From assembly GCA_038998335.1 (NCBI GenBank), contig JAVZHQ010000002.1, positions 9,575-73,574 on the forward strand: DNA of 64,000 nt, in the 5' to 3' direction. Positions within the stretch are counted from its first letter, which is position 1. Each line of letters starts with the position of its first letter. This document shows positions 9,105 to 18,972 of this stretch, one piece after another. The position numbers were made by a program, and so were the translations under genes. Source of the DNA: Candidatus Aenigmatarchaeota archaeon (lineage in GTDB: Archaea; Aenigmatarchaeota; Aenigmatarchaeia; CG10238-14; SCSR01). The notes under the pieces were generated by a model. It did not search any database. It had not been told where the DNA came from and saw only the letters and a list, made by a program, of their open reading frames with translations.

Positions 9105-12100
9105 TTACTTTGGTGGTAGTTTTTGAAAAGCTATTTTTATTTCTTTATCTTCAAACTTTAAGACATCTTGGAATTCGCCTTTAAGCTTTCCTAAGGAAAC
9201 CTTGCTTGCTCCCACTTCTTTCTTAAGTTTTTTAGAATAACTTTTAATAACTTCCAAAGTTTTTTCATCACTTTCTAAGGTTAGAGCAATTCTTTCCTCA
9301 ACTTTAAAGCCATGTTTCTTCCTCATCTCCTGTATTTTTCTTGTTAACTCTTTCAGCAAAGCTTCTTCCATAAGCTTTTCATCAAGCTTAGGGTTAACAA
9401 AAACTTTCCCGAAATCAAAGCTTGCTTCACAATAACCTTTTGGTTCTTCCTCTGCTATTTTAACAGTCTTTGAGTTGCAAATAAAAGCTAGAATTTTTTC
9501 CAGCCTTTTAAGTGCAGATAAAACTTTTTCTTCTTTTGAGAAAACTAAAACTTCAGAAACAGGCCATCTCAACTTAATCCTTGCTTTTTGCCTTGCAGCA
9601 CTACAAGCCTCAAAGATTTTTTTCGCAACTTCCATCTCTTCTTCAAGTTTTTTATCTATAAGTTTTTTGTTTGCTTTTGGCCAAAGGCAAAGATGAACAG
9701 ATTCTTCCCCTCCTTTTAAAGGTTTAACTATTTCTTGATAAACTTCTTCTGCGAAGAAAGGAACGAAAGGAGCAAGAAGCTTGGCAAGATTTTCTGTTAT
9801 AGTTAGCAAAGTGAAGAAAGCTGCCTTCTTATCCTTTCCCTTATACTCAGGCCAGACCCTATCTCTTATCAACTTAATGTACCATCGTGAAAAATCGTTT
9901 ATTATAAAATCAACTATTTCTTGCGCTGCTTTGAAAGAGTGATAATTCCAAAAGTTTTTCTCACAACTTTCTATCAGAGAATTAAGTCTTGAGATTATCC
10001 ACTTATCTTCTTCCTCCAGTTTTCTCACTTTTTCATAACTTTTCACGTAAGTCTTAACAAAGTTGAAAACGTTTTTTACTATCATAAAAGATTTTGCTAT
10101 TTCCTCAACATCTTGCCATTTGAAGTAATAATCTTCCCAAGGTGGAGAAAGCAAGTAATATAGCCTTAAAACATCCCTTCCATACTTTTCTATAACCTCT
10201 TCAGTTGTTACTATGTTTCCTATACTTTTAGACATTTTTTGGCCATGCACATCTAAAACAAAACCATGGAACAAAACACTCTTGAAAGAAGCTTTACCAA
10301 AAGTCATTAAGCTTGTTATCATCAAAGAATTCCACCAGCCTCTAATCTGATCAGGCCCTTCAAGGATAAAATCAGCTGGAAACATTTTCTCAAAAGGTTC
10401 TTTTTTCTCTGGATAACCTAAGGAAGCCCAAGGAGCTACCCCAGAATCGAACCAAACATCCAGCACGTCAGAAACTCTTCTCATCTTTTTCCCACATTTT
10501 TCACAATCCAAAAGAATTTCGTCTATATAAGGCTTGTGCAAATCCTCTGGAACATAAGGTAATTCTTTCCTTGAGCCTACAACTCTAATGTTTTCACAAT
10601 TCTCACAAACCCATATTGGTAGAGGAATTCCCCAGTACCTTTGCCTTGAGATTGGCCAATCTCCCAGACTTTCTAACCAATTTCTAAACCTTTGTTTTGC
10701 CCATTCAGGAACCCATTTTATTTTCTCATTTTCTTTCAAAAGCTTTTCTCTTATAGCAGTAACTTTAAAGAACCACTGAGGAACCGAAATTAAGAGTAAA
10801 GGAGATTCACATCTCCAGCAAACCGGATAATCGTGCTGGATCGTTTCCTCGTGAAGAAGTAAACCTTTTTCTCTAAGTTCCTGAATTATTAATTTATCCG
10901 CATCTTTAACAAACATCCCAGAATATTTCCCACAACTCTCGTCAAAAGTTCCATCTATTTTCACAGGAGAAACTATGGGTAAACCTGTCTCTAAACCTAC
11001 TTTATAATCTTCCTCTCCATGACCTGGAGCTGTATGAACCAAACCTGTACCTTCTTCCAGACTAACAAACTGCTCAGAAAGGACAACCCTATGAGCATTC
11101 TTCAGATTTTGCTGAAACTTAAACTCCTCAAGAAAGGGATGTTCATACCTTAAGTTTTCCATATCCTTTCCACTTCTTACGTCCAGGATTTCGTATTTTT
11201 CTATGCCAACCTTTCTCATTACACTTTCTAACAACTGCTTAGCCAAAATCAGAATTTCACCGTTAATTTTAACTCTTACATATTCACCCTTTGGGTTAGC
11301 CATTATCCCTGTATTTGCTGGCAACGTCCATGGCGTAGTAGTAAAACAAACCAAAAATAAGTTGGGGTCTTCTTTTGTTCTAAACTTTACATAAATAGCA
11401 GGATCTCTAATCTTTGTGTATTCTATCTCATTATAAGCAACTACCGTTTCACAATTATGCGTAATAAAACCGTTTACGATGAAGTTATGAGTTCCTCTAA
11501 CGTTTAAGTCGGCTACTTCTTTTAGACCACTAAACTCTATCTTATCGATTTTCTCCCATATTAATCCGTTTTTAATTCCATTATTTTTAACGTAAATTTC
11601 AAATTTTGGTAAAGATTCTCTGTTTAGTTTTTTTCTAAGTTTTGTTTTCAAGTAAGAAAGTACATAAGAAGAAATTTCTTCCCTTTTTTTGCAATAGGAG
11701 TATCCAATACTCTCTAAAAATTTTACTGTGTTCAAAATACTACAACTTATTCTTCCTGTAACTATAGCTTTTTCTTTTCCGTTAACATTTTTGTAAGTCT
11801 TTTTAAAAGGCCTTATCATTACACCAAGCTCTTTAAGCAACTTATAAATAGATTTCACAAACTTTACAGCAGAAGCTTCTAAATTTCTGTTTTTTTCTAC
11901 TCTAAAAATCAACTCCTTAAAATATTTTTCTGTTTCTCTTAAACTTGGTTTACTTAACTCAGCACCAAAATATCCACGCAAAAACTCTGTCTTAAAAGCT
12001 TTTAATTCCTTCTTTTTTAATACATTTGGAATGTCGAAATCGATTTCCCACTTTTTACCGGAAGGCATACCTAAGGTCAACAATAAAATCCCAAAGGAAG

Positions 12101-13352
12101 AGGAATAACAGTACATTTCGATACTCTGGCCTTTTACTTCTTTCTCATTTATTTTGGATTTCTTTTCTCTGCTTTTAATTTTACTTGATTTAAAACCTAA
12201 TTTCTTCAGGTCTTTTTTAATCTTCTTGAGATCGTCTTTTTCTTCGGCCGAGAAAAACACTATAATCTCTGGGAAGTTTCTTTTTTTCTTTTTTCTTATT
12301 ATCAGAGAGCCGTCCCCAAACGAATATCCTAAAATTCTAAAAAGAATTCTAGTTTTTTCATCCTTCTCATACAACGGTAAAAGCCTTTTACATTCAAGCT
12401 CGTGTAAAACCCTCTTTATAATACCATTCACTCTCTTAGAATTTCCATACTTTTCGTTAAGTTTCTCAATAGTCTTTATAACTTCTTTTTTTGTTAAAAT
12501 AACTTTATTTGAGTTAGTGTTTTCTTTAAAAACTGGAAGATGGACTACTGCAACTTCATCACCCACTTTCAAATGCTTAAGTTCTCTCCAACCACTCTTG
12601 GTTAAAAATGGGTGATCTAAGGTTGCCTCGATGTTTAAACCACTTTGAGTTGTAACTCTAAAGGTCTTGTCCTTTACTTCTAGATAACCATCTATACACG
12701 ACTCCTTAAAATCAAAATTTTTAAGGTCTAAAGTTACGACTTTTTCATTTTCCCAACAGTTTTTAAGTTCATCCATACTTTTCCAACTATAATTAGTAAA
12801 AACTATAGAATCTTTCGTAATACACCTTGGACAAACATGAACAGGATAGCTCCCTTTGTATAGTAAACCTTTTTCAAAAGCTTTCTTAAACGTAAACCAT
12901 GCCCCTTCTATATAATCGTTAGTCAAAGTTAAGTAAGGATTTTCCCAGTCCATCCAGACTCCTAAATTTTTGAACTGGTTGCTCATTGTATCTATAAATT
13001 GAGTTGCAAATTTCCTGCATTCTTTTATGAAATTCTCAACGCCAAACTTTTCTATATCCTTCTTTGATTTAAAACCAAGCTGCTTTTCAACTTTGTTCTC
13101 TATTGGTACGCCATGGCAATCATAGCCTGGCTGGTCCCAAGTATTAAAACCTTGCATCCTGAAAAACCTTAAAAAGCAATCTTTTATAACTTTGTTAAAT
13201 GCTGTGCCAACATGGATTGAACCAGTAGCATAAGGGGGCCCGTCCAAGAAAAAGAATTTTTTACCTTCTTTCCTCATTTCCTTAAGCTTTTCATAAACCT
13301 TTTTCTCTTCCCAAAATTTTAGTATTTGCTCCTCTTTTTCTGAATCTTTCAT
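9105..13352 (-). CDS. ileS: isoleucyl-tRNA synthetase interrupted by one intein
   Basis: 1415-aa ORF. N-terminus has PPYATGSIHVGTAFNKVIKD (HIGH region); KMSKSIGN is present; a C-terminal anticodon-binding region follows. A 457-aa insertion splits the CPR|C knuckle; see the separate intein feature. Confidence 0.9.
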   Translation of the reverse strand: MKDSEKEEQILKFWEEKKVYEKLKEMRKEGKKFFFLDGPPYATGSIHVGTAFNKVIKDCFLRFFRMQGFNTWDQPGYDCHGVPIENKVEKQLGFKSKKDIEKFGVENFIKECRKFATQFIDTMSNQFKNLGVWMDWENPYLTLTNDYIEGAWFTFKKAFEKGLLYKGSYPVHVCPRCITKDSIVFTNYSWKSMDELKNCWENEKVVTLDLKNFDFKESCIDGYLEVKDKTFRVTTQSGLNIEATLDHPFLTKSGWRELKHLKVGDEVAVVHLPVFKENTNSNKVILTKKEVIKTIEKLNEKYGNSKRVNGIIKRVLHELECKRLLPLYEKDEKTRILFRILGYSFGDGSLIIRKKKKRNFPEIIVFFSAEEKDDLKKIKKDLKKLGFKSSKIKSREKKSKINEKEVKGQSIEMYCYSSSFGILLLTLGMPSGKKWEIDFDIPNVLKKKELKAFKTEFLRGYFGAELSKPSLRETEKYFKELIFRVEKNRNLEASAVKFVKSIYKLLKELGVMIRPFKKTYKNVNGKEKAIVTGRISCSILNTVKFLESIGYSYCKKREEISSYVLSYLKTKLRKKLNRESLPKFEIYVKNNGIKNGLIWEKIDKIEFSGLKEVADLNVRGTHNFIVNGFITHNCETVVAYNEIEYTKIRDPAIYVKFRTKEDPNLFLVCFTTTPWTLPANTGIMANPKGEYVRVKINGEILILAKQLLESVMRKVGIEKYEILDVRSGKDMENLRYEHPFLEEFKFQQNLKNAHRVVLSEQFVSLEEGTGLVHTAPGHGEEDYKVGLETGLPIVSPVKIDGTFDESCGKYSGMFVKDADKLIIQELREKGLLLHEETIQHDYPVCWRCESPLLLISVPQWFFKVTAIREKLLKENEKIKWVPEWAKQRFRNWLESLGDWPISRQRYWGIPLPIWVCENCENIRVVGSRKELPYVPEDLHKPYIDEILLDCEKCGKKMRRVSDVLDVWFDSGVAPWASLGYPEKKEPFEKMFPADFILEGPDQIRGWWNSLMITSLMTFGKASFKSVLFHGFVLDVHGQKMSKSIGNIVTTEEVIEKYGRDVLRLYYLLSPPWEDYYFKWQDVEEIAKSFMIVKNVFNFVKTYVKSYEKVRKLEEEDKWIISRLNSLIESCEKNFWNYHSFKAAQEIVDFIINDFSRWYIKLIRDRVWPEYKGKDKKAAFFTLLTITENLAKLLAPFVPFFAEEVYQEIVKPLKGGEESVHLCLWPKANKKLIDKKLEEEMEVAKKIFEACSAARQKARIKLRWPVSEVLVFSKEEKVLSALKRLEKILAFICNSKTVKIAEEEPKGYCEASFDFGKVFVNPKLDEKLMEEALLKELTRKIQEMRKKHGFKVEERIALTLESDEKTLEVIKSYSKKLKKEVGASKVSLGKLKGEFQDVLKFEDKEIKIAFQKLPPK
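11454..12824 (-). mobile_element. intein with LAGLIDADG homing-endonuclease domain inside ileS
   Basis: Insert residues 177-633. It starts CITKDSIV (intein block A) and ends VRGTHNFIVNGFITHN, followed by CETVV (His-Asn then +1 Cys). Two LAGLIDADG-type motifs are present: ILGYSFGDGSL and FLRGYFGAELS. The flanking exteins rejoin to VHVCPR-CETVVAYNEIEY, as in intein-free IleRS. Confidence 0.8.
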
Positions 13353-13453
13353 AAATTCACCTTAGAAATAGGAATAAATAAAAATTTAGAATCAGATCCG
13401 CTTATCACTCACTTGCCTCACCTTAAAAAATTATAAAAGCAAGTATAAAAAAC

Positions 13454-14449
13454 TTATAGCTTCCTTATCTGATTGCAAAAATCTGTAGCAAGCTTTGCTT
13501 TATCTTGTGTTTTTTCTGAAGAAAGAATAAACCAGCACATAAGATAATCTATTTCCTTCCTTTTTTCTTCCTCAAGCTTTTTTGAAATTTTTATTTCATA
13601 CTCTATCTTTGCCCTTCTTTCGTGAAAATTGTAAGCTGGAGGAGAGTAAGAACTTACAATTTCTTTAACTTTATCGTAAGGAATTTCTTTAACTTTTTCT
13701 AGAGTAATCTCTTCCTTCACTTCTTTAACTTCCTTTTTCTCGATTTTCCTTTTGCATGTTTTTGCTTTAACTTTTTCTTTCTTTTCCTCTATAATTATAG
13801 GAACAGTTTCCTTAATTTCAGGCTTAGCTTGTAAGGGTTGAGGTTGTGAAGGTATAAATGAAAAAACTTTTGGGAAAATTTCTGGATAATAATCCTTAAC
13901 AAGATTGTTTATTTCATCCTCAGAAAGCCTCTTTCCAAAAGAAATGTGATATAGTTTAGCCAAATCCTCTTCCAGCTTATCCAAAGAAGCCTCTCCTTCT
14001 TTTCCAACAAAATCACTCCCTAAGTAAATAATCAGAGAACCTTCACCTATATGTAAACCTAAAACAGTAGTAGTTTCTCCTTTAAGCTCAACATACCTTT
14101 TTCCAAAGATTGGAAGGAGTTTTCTTCCATAAACTACTTTCTCTATAAAATGTGTCTTTTTACCACGAAAAAAAGAAGGAAAATAAAAAATTAAATTTCC
14201 TTTCTCGCAAATTATCGGAACCCTGTGAAACTCATAACCAACTTCTTCGAAAAGATTTTTAAGTAAAGTTTCAAAAGTATGATAGCTTTTTTCTCTTAAG
14301 CTATCAAAGTTTGTTATTCTGACTCTTTCCCACTTTCCCTCTTTTTTATACTTTACATACTTTTTATCGATTATTTTTAACTCTGTTATTTCGCTTGTAT
14401 CAAAACATGGAAAAATTTTTTTAACACGCTCGAAAAGGTCTATCATCAA
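13454..14449 (-). CDS. hypothetical protein with a K/E-rich C-terminal half
   Basis: 331-aa ORF; no recognisable domain. Confidence 0.5.
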   Translation of the reverse strand: MMIDLFERVKKIFPCFDTSEITELKIIDKKYVKYKKEGKWERVRITNFDSLREKSYHTFETLLKNLFEEVGYEFHRVPIICEKGNLIFYFPSFFRGKKTHFIEKVVYGRKLLPIFGKRYVELKGETTTVLGLHIGEGSLIIYLGSDFVGKEGEASLDKLEEDLAKLYHISFGKRLSEDEINNLVKDYYPEIFPKVFSFIPSQPQPLQAKPEIKETVPIIIEEKKEKVKAKTCKRKIEKKEVKEVKEEITLEKVKEIPYDKVKEIVSSYSPPAYNFHERRAKIEYEIKISKKLEEEKRKEIDYLMCWFILSSEKTQDKAKLATDFCNQIRKL

Positions 14450-14478
14450 ATAAAAAATAAACTAAAAATTTTTAAGTT

Positions 14479-15936
14479 TTACTCGTACAACCTTCCTTCC
14501 CTTTTAATTCCTCTTTCAAAATCTTTTCTTGCCGAATCAGCAATTTCTTGAGCTTTTCTTGTAGGGTATTTTCCTGTAACGCAACCAAAGCATAGCTCGC
14601 TTTCTTTAAAACCTGTAGCCTTTACATAATTTTTAATAGATTGATAAAAAACTCCGTCTGCTCCTATAATTTTTGCTATTTCTTCTGGCTCATACCTTGA
14701 ACCAATAAGTTCGTCAAAAGTTGCCATGTCTATGCCATAAAAGCAAGGAGAAGTTATTCTTGGAAAAGTAACGAAAACATAAACTTTTTGTGCACCCATA
14801 TCTCTTAACTTCTTGACAGTAACTTTTGTTGTATCGCCTCTAACAATACTATCATCTAAAACAGCAATTCTTTTTCCAAAAATTTTTTGTTTCAAAACGT
14901 TAATTTTTCTGAAAATTTTTTCTTGTCTTTCATTCTGCAAAAGAATAAAAGCTCTTTCAGTGACGTAGCGATGCCTTCTTGTTGCTCTTTCCCATCTTAT
15001 ACCACTTTCCTCCTGAAAACCATAAGCTGCATCGTCAGCAGTTTCTGGCATAGAAATTACTATATCTATCTTATCCAGCAAGTCAGAATATTCTCTTGCT
15101 AGGTTTCTTCCAAACTCTTCCCTTATCTCATAAACATATTTACTTCCGTAAATTGTGTCTGGTCTTGAGAAGTAAGCAAACTCAAAAGAGCAAAATGCTT
15201 TTTTGGAAGTTTTGAGCTTACATCTTTCGAAACCCTTTCTATCAAGAGTTATAAGTTCTCCAGGCTCTAATTCAAACATAAAATCTATTCCGTTAATGTC
15301 AAAACCAACGCTTTCTGAAGAAAAAGCATAAAGGTTTTTGGTTTTTCCGAAGCACAAGGGTTTAATTCCATAGGGGTCTTTAAAAGCAAACATTTCTCCC
15401 TTTTTGTTCAACCCTACAACAGAAAACGCACCGTCTATTTCTTCCATGCAACTTTTAACTGCAGCACAAACATCTTTTTTCTCTTTTAACTCAAGAAAAA
15501 GTTTACCTGTAAGCAGTTCTAAATCACAGTTATAAGAAGCCTTTCCTAATTCTTCTTTAATTTCTAAAGCATTTACAATGTTACCGTTAAAAACTGTCGC
15601 AAGAGCAAGCTCTTTATCCTTAACGACTATTGGCTGAGCTCCTCTAATCAAAGACTGTTTGTCAGTTTTCCCAGAAGTTGTATACCTTACATTACCTATT
15701 CCCAAATTCCCTCTTAATTTTTCTTCCCATTTTTTAGCATCTTCTTTGCTAATTTTTGGAACCAAGTCTAAAGCTTTGTAGAGATTAAATTTTCCGTCGT
15801 AAGTTAAAATTCCATGGGATTGATGACCTCTATGATTTAAAGCCCTCAATCCCCAGTAAACATAAGGAAAGGCTTGCTCGTCAAAACAATAAGCAGCAAA
15901 AACGCCGCAAGCCTCTTTTACTTCCATTTTCTTCAC
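14479..15936 (-). CDS. purF: amidophosphoribosyltransferase (glutamine PRPP amidotransferase)
   Basis: A short propeptide precedes the catalytic Cys (MKKMEVKEA-CGVFAAY). The PRTase motif VLDDSIVRGDTT and a C-terminal Cys pair (CFGCVTGKYP) are present. Confidence 0.8.
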   Translation of the reverse strand: MKKMEVKEACGVFAAYCFDEQAFPYVYWGLRALNHRGHQSHGILTYDGKFNLYKALDLVPKISKEDAKKWEEKLRGNLGIGNVRYTTSGKTDKQSLIRGAQPIVVKDKELALATVFNGNIVNALEIKEELGKASYNCDLELLTGKLFLELKEKKDVCAAVKSCMEEIDGAFSVVGLNKKGEMFAFKDPYGIKPLCFGKTKNLYAFSSESVGFDINGIDFMFELEPGELITLDRKGFERCKLKTSKKAFCSFEFAYFSRPDTIYGSKYVYEIREEFGRNLAREYSDLLDKIDIVISMPETADDAAYGFQEESGIRWERATRRHRYVTERAFILLQNERQEKIFRKINVLKQKIFGKRIAVLDDSIVRGDTTKVTVKKLRDMGAQKVYVFVTFPRITSPCFYGIDMATFDELIGSRYEPEEIAKIIGADGVFYQSIKNYVKATGFKESELCFGCVTGKYPTRKAQEIADSARKDFERGIKREGRLYE

Positions 15937-17234
15937 TCGTATTCTATTGTAGCAGGTGGCTTGCTTGAAACATCAAAGTAGACTGTAGCAACATTACATT
16001 CATCAACTATTTTCTTTCCTATCTTTTCCAAAACATCAAAAGGAACTTCAAAAATTTCAGCATAGATAGCGTCTTTGCTTCTGACAGCTCTCAAAGAAAC
16101 AACATAAGGCGAAGCTTCGTTTCCTTTAGCTATTTTATAAAGGGTTCTGGAATAACCTGTAACATAAGGAGTCACTTTTCCTCCCCAGCACTTAAGTTCT
16201 TCCATGTTTGGGATTTTTTCTTCCACACAAAGCGGAAAACTATAAACTCTTTTTTCATTAACTATTCCTGTAGCCTTAGAGCAGAGAACCCTTGCCCTTA
16301 CTTTCCCCCATGCCAATTTAATTCTTTCATAAATTTCTTTCGGGACTTTTTCAAACTTGTTGTCAAAAGTTGCGGCAAAATATTGAAACGGAATTTGTTC
16401 CTCTGTTTCTGGGTCGATAAACATAGTTGTACCGTAAAGTTCTTTTGTGTATTTCTCTATTCCTTGCTCAACTATATCGTTTGCATTTTTTTCCACTTCT
16501 AGCTTTTCTATGTTTATCTTACCAACAGTTCTAACTGCTAAGCCAGGACCAGGAAAAGGCTGCCTTTTATCAACGCCTTTCAAAAACTTATAACCATAAT
16601 CTTCAAACAAAGCTTTTGCAAGTTTTCTAACGTCATTTTTATACAAGCTTGCTAAAGGCTCGACAACTTTTTTAACTTTTTTAAATGGAACATCAACATT
16701 ATGCTGAGTTTTGATTACAGGTGTTTCCTTTATATCAGGAAAAATTGTGCCATGCGTCATAGCATTACAATCAAGAGAAGAAACAAGGTTATCTGTAGTT
16801 AATGCATAAGCTTCTTGGAACCCTTTCCTTTTCTCTTCTGCATCCTCCTTACCAAAAACTTTTTCGTAAAAAACTTCTCTTGCACTTACTAAAGAAAAGT
16901 TTTCTAAAGAAGAAAACCTTTCTTTTACTATTTCCGGTTCTTCCCTTCCTCTTATTCTTCTCATAAAGCCTGTATCTATATGAACAGGATATAGCCTTTT
17001 ACCAATCGCGAGATCAAAAAGGGCAGTGTTAACTGAAGAGTCAACACCACCAGAAACCAAAGTTAGAACTTTATCTTTAGGCTCTATCTTTTCTTTTATA
17101 AATTTCGTTGCTTCCTCGATAAACTTTCTTGGATCTTTTCTTATTTCATCTTCAGGAAAAAACCTATGGCATACAGCTAAACTCATGAGTAAAATAAAAT
17201 CGTTAAAAAATAAATATTTTCGGTCCCACCTCAA
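15933..17234 (-). CDS. guaA: GMP synthase, ATP-pyrophosphatase (PP-loop) subunit
   Basis: PP-loop SGGVDSSV, VEPL..LYKNDVRKLAKAL, and the C-terminus ...PATIEYE typical of the GMP synthase dimerisation domain. At 433 aa it carries extra insertions. Confidence 0.75.
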   Translation of the reverse strand: MRWDRKYLFFNDFILLMSLAVCHRFFPEDEIRKDPRKFIEEATKFIKEKIEPKDKVLTLVSGGVDSSVNTALFDLAIGKRLYPVHIDTGFMRRIRGREEPEIVKERFSSLENFSLVSAREVFYEKVFGKEDAEEKRKGFQEAYALTTDNLVSSLDCNAMTHGTIFPDIKETPVIKTQHNVDVPFKKVKKVVEPLASLYKNDVRKLAKALFEDYGYKFLKGVDKRQPFPGPGLAVRTVGKINIEKLEVEKNANDIVEQGIEKYTKELYGTTMFIDPETEEQIPFQYFAATFDNKFEKVPKEIYERIKLAWGKVRARVLCSKATGIVNEKRVYSFPLCVEEKIPNMEELKCWGGKVTPYVTGYSRTLYKIAKGNEASPYVVSLRAVRSKDAIYAEIFEVPFDVLEKIGKKIVDECNVATVYFDVSSKPPATIEYE

Positions 17235-17316
17235 ACTATTTAAAAGCTTTTTCTAATTAATTTTTAGTGAGCAAGATGGGAGGTAAGCGCCTTCACGAAA
17301 AGTGATTTAGTTCACT

Positions 17317-17562
17317 TTGCTTAGTGCTGTTTCTAAAGTTGACTCGAAGGGAAGAGTTTCTATTCCTATTAAGTTAAGAGCAAAGTTAAAGATACTTGAA
17401 GGCTGTAGGGTGAAAATTCTAGTCAAAAAAGGTAGACTGATTCTTATTCCTGAAAGATGGCCAGAATGGTGTAAGGGTAGCACAGGAGTCTGTGGAACTC
17501 CTGGAGCGGGTTCGAATCCCGCTTCTGGCCCAAAAGAATTAAAAAAGAATTCACTCTTATAA
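17317..17562 (+). CDS. AbrB/SpoVT (MazE-like) swapped-hairpin DNA-binding protein; the called ORF reads through the tRNA-His gene
   Basis: The first ~46 aa (AVSKVDSKGRVSIPIKLRAKLKILEGCRVKILVKKGRLILIP) match the AbrB/MazE fold. The frame has no stop until 17562, so the last ~35 codons overlap the tRNA-His sequence. Confidence 0.4.
   Translation: MLSAVSKVDSKGRVSIPIKLRAKLKILEGCRVKILVKKGRLILIPERWPEWCKGSTGVCGTPGAGSNPASGPKELKKNSLL
17459..17530 (+). tRNA. tRNA-His (anticodon GTG) with genomically encoded G-1
   Basis: G-1 at 17459. Acceptor GCCAGAA/TTCTGGC with C73. D-stem GTGT/GCAC. Anticodon stem GGAGT/ACTCC with loop CTGTGGA. T-arm GCGGG-TTCGAAT-CCCGC. CCA is not encoded. Confidence 0.85.
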
Positions 17563-17576
17563 ATTAAGGGAGAAAA

Positions 17577-18881
17577 ATGGAACTCAAGCCTTTAAAAGGG
17601 ACAAGAGATTTTTTGCCGGAAGAAATGATAATAAGACAGAAAATTTTGGAAAAAGTTAAGAATACTTTTGAATTGTTTGGTTTTCAGCCTCTAGAAACTC
17701 CTGCTCTCGAATCTTGGGAAATACTTTCGGCAAAAGGGGCTGGTGGAGAAGAGATTTTAAAAGAAACTTACAACTTTGAGGATTTAGGGAAAAGAAGAGT
17801 TGGGTTAAGATATGATTTAACAGTTCCTCTAGCAAGAGTTGTTGCTTCAAACCCGAACTTACCATTACCTTTTAAAAGGTATCAAATTCAAAACGTTTGG
17901 CGCTACGGAGATGTTTCAAAAGGCAGGTTAAGGGAATTTTTGCAAGCAGATATTGATATAGTAGGCTCAGAAAGTATGCTTGCAGATGCTGAAGTAATTG
18001 CCTGTGCGGTTTCTTGTTTGAATTCCTTAGGATTCAAAAATTTTCTTGTAAGAATAAATAACAGGAAAATTTTGAGCGCTTTAGTTAAATTTGTTAGAAT
18101 AGAAGAAGAAAAAGCTTTGGAAGTTTTTAGAAGTATAGACAAGCTTGAAAAGATTGGTGAAGAAAAAGTAAAGAAAGAACTGGAAGAAAAGGGAATTTCT
18201 CAAGACTCTATCAAAAAAATTTTTGATTTTATAAAAATAGATGAAACTCCGGAAAAAGTTTTTGAAAAGATTAAAGACTTAAGCTTTGACGAAGGGAAAG
18301 AAGGAATAGAAGAATTGAAAGAAATCGTTTTTTATCTTAAGGAAATGGGAACTAATGCAAAAATTAAAATTGATTTAAGCTTGGCAAGAGGCTTGGATTA
18401 CTACACTGGCCCTATTTTCGAGATTTCTGCTGAAAAAGAAATAGGAAGCATAGCCGGAGGAGGAAGGTACGATAAGCTAATAGGAATATTCGCAAAGAAG
18501 GAAATTCCAGCAACAGGAATTAGCTTGGGGATTGAAAGAATAATTGAAGTTATGAAAAAAAGGAAAATGGTTGAAGAAAAAAAGTGTAAAACTAAAGTTT
18601 TTGTAGCAACAATCAACAAAGAAATTCTCAAAAAATCTTTACCTATAATCCAAAAGTTAAGAGAAAATGGAATAGAAACTGACTTTGACTTGAGGGAAAG
18701 AAGTTTAACTAGACAATTAGAGTATGCAAACTCTTTGGGAATTCCTTTTGTCTTGATTTTAGGAGAAAAAGAGCTTAAAGAGAAAAAGTTCAGGCTAAGG
18801 TTTATGGAAAAAAAGATTGAAAAAGAGCTTAGCTTAGATGAAGTGATTAGAATTTTAAAAGAACCTCAAGAAAATTCTTGA
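17577..18881 (+). CDS. hisS: histidyl-tRNA synthetase
   Basis: 434 aa with class-II motifs (FRYE-like LRYDLTVPLAR; GGGRYD), plus catalytic and C-terminal anticodon-binding domains. Confidence 0.9.
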   Translation: MELKPLKGTRDFLPEEMIIRQKILEKVKNTFELFGFQPLETPALESWEILSAKGAGGEEILKETYNFEDLGKRRVGLRYDLTVPLARVVASNPNLPLPFKRYQIQNVWRYGDVSKGRLREFLQADIDIVGSESMLADAEVIACAVSCLNSLGFKNFLVRINNRKILSALVKFVRIEEEKALEVFRSIDKLEKIGEEKVKKELEEKGISQDSIKKIFDFIKIDETPEKVFEKIKDLSFDEGKEGIEELKEIVFYLKEMGTNAKIKIDLSLARGLDYYTGPIFEISAEKEIGSIAGGGRYDKLIGIFAKKEIPATGISLGIERIIEVMKKRKMVEEKKCKTKVFVATINKEILKKSLPIIQKLRENGIETDFDLRERSLTRQLEYANSLGIPFVLILGEKELKEKKFRLRFMEKKIEKELSLDEVIRILKEPQENS

Positions 18882-18972
18882 AAAAATGTAGCTTTTGAGA
18901 AATTTTCCTTTAAATTTTATAGCTTTTGAAAAATGAAATAGAGAGAAGTACAAAAATCTAAGGATTAGTTTT

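Noticed and set aside
12154-12615. 153-aa plus-strand ORF inside ileS/intein (and similar antisense ORFs at 9475-9696, 10588-10779 and 11203-11394)
   Set aside because: They are low-complexity shadow ORFs on the strand opposite a strongly supported gene. Their F/L/S-rich composition is typical of antisense K/E-rich coding DNA.
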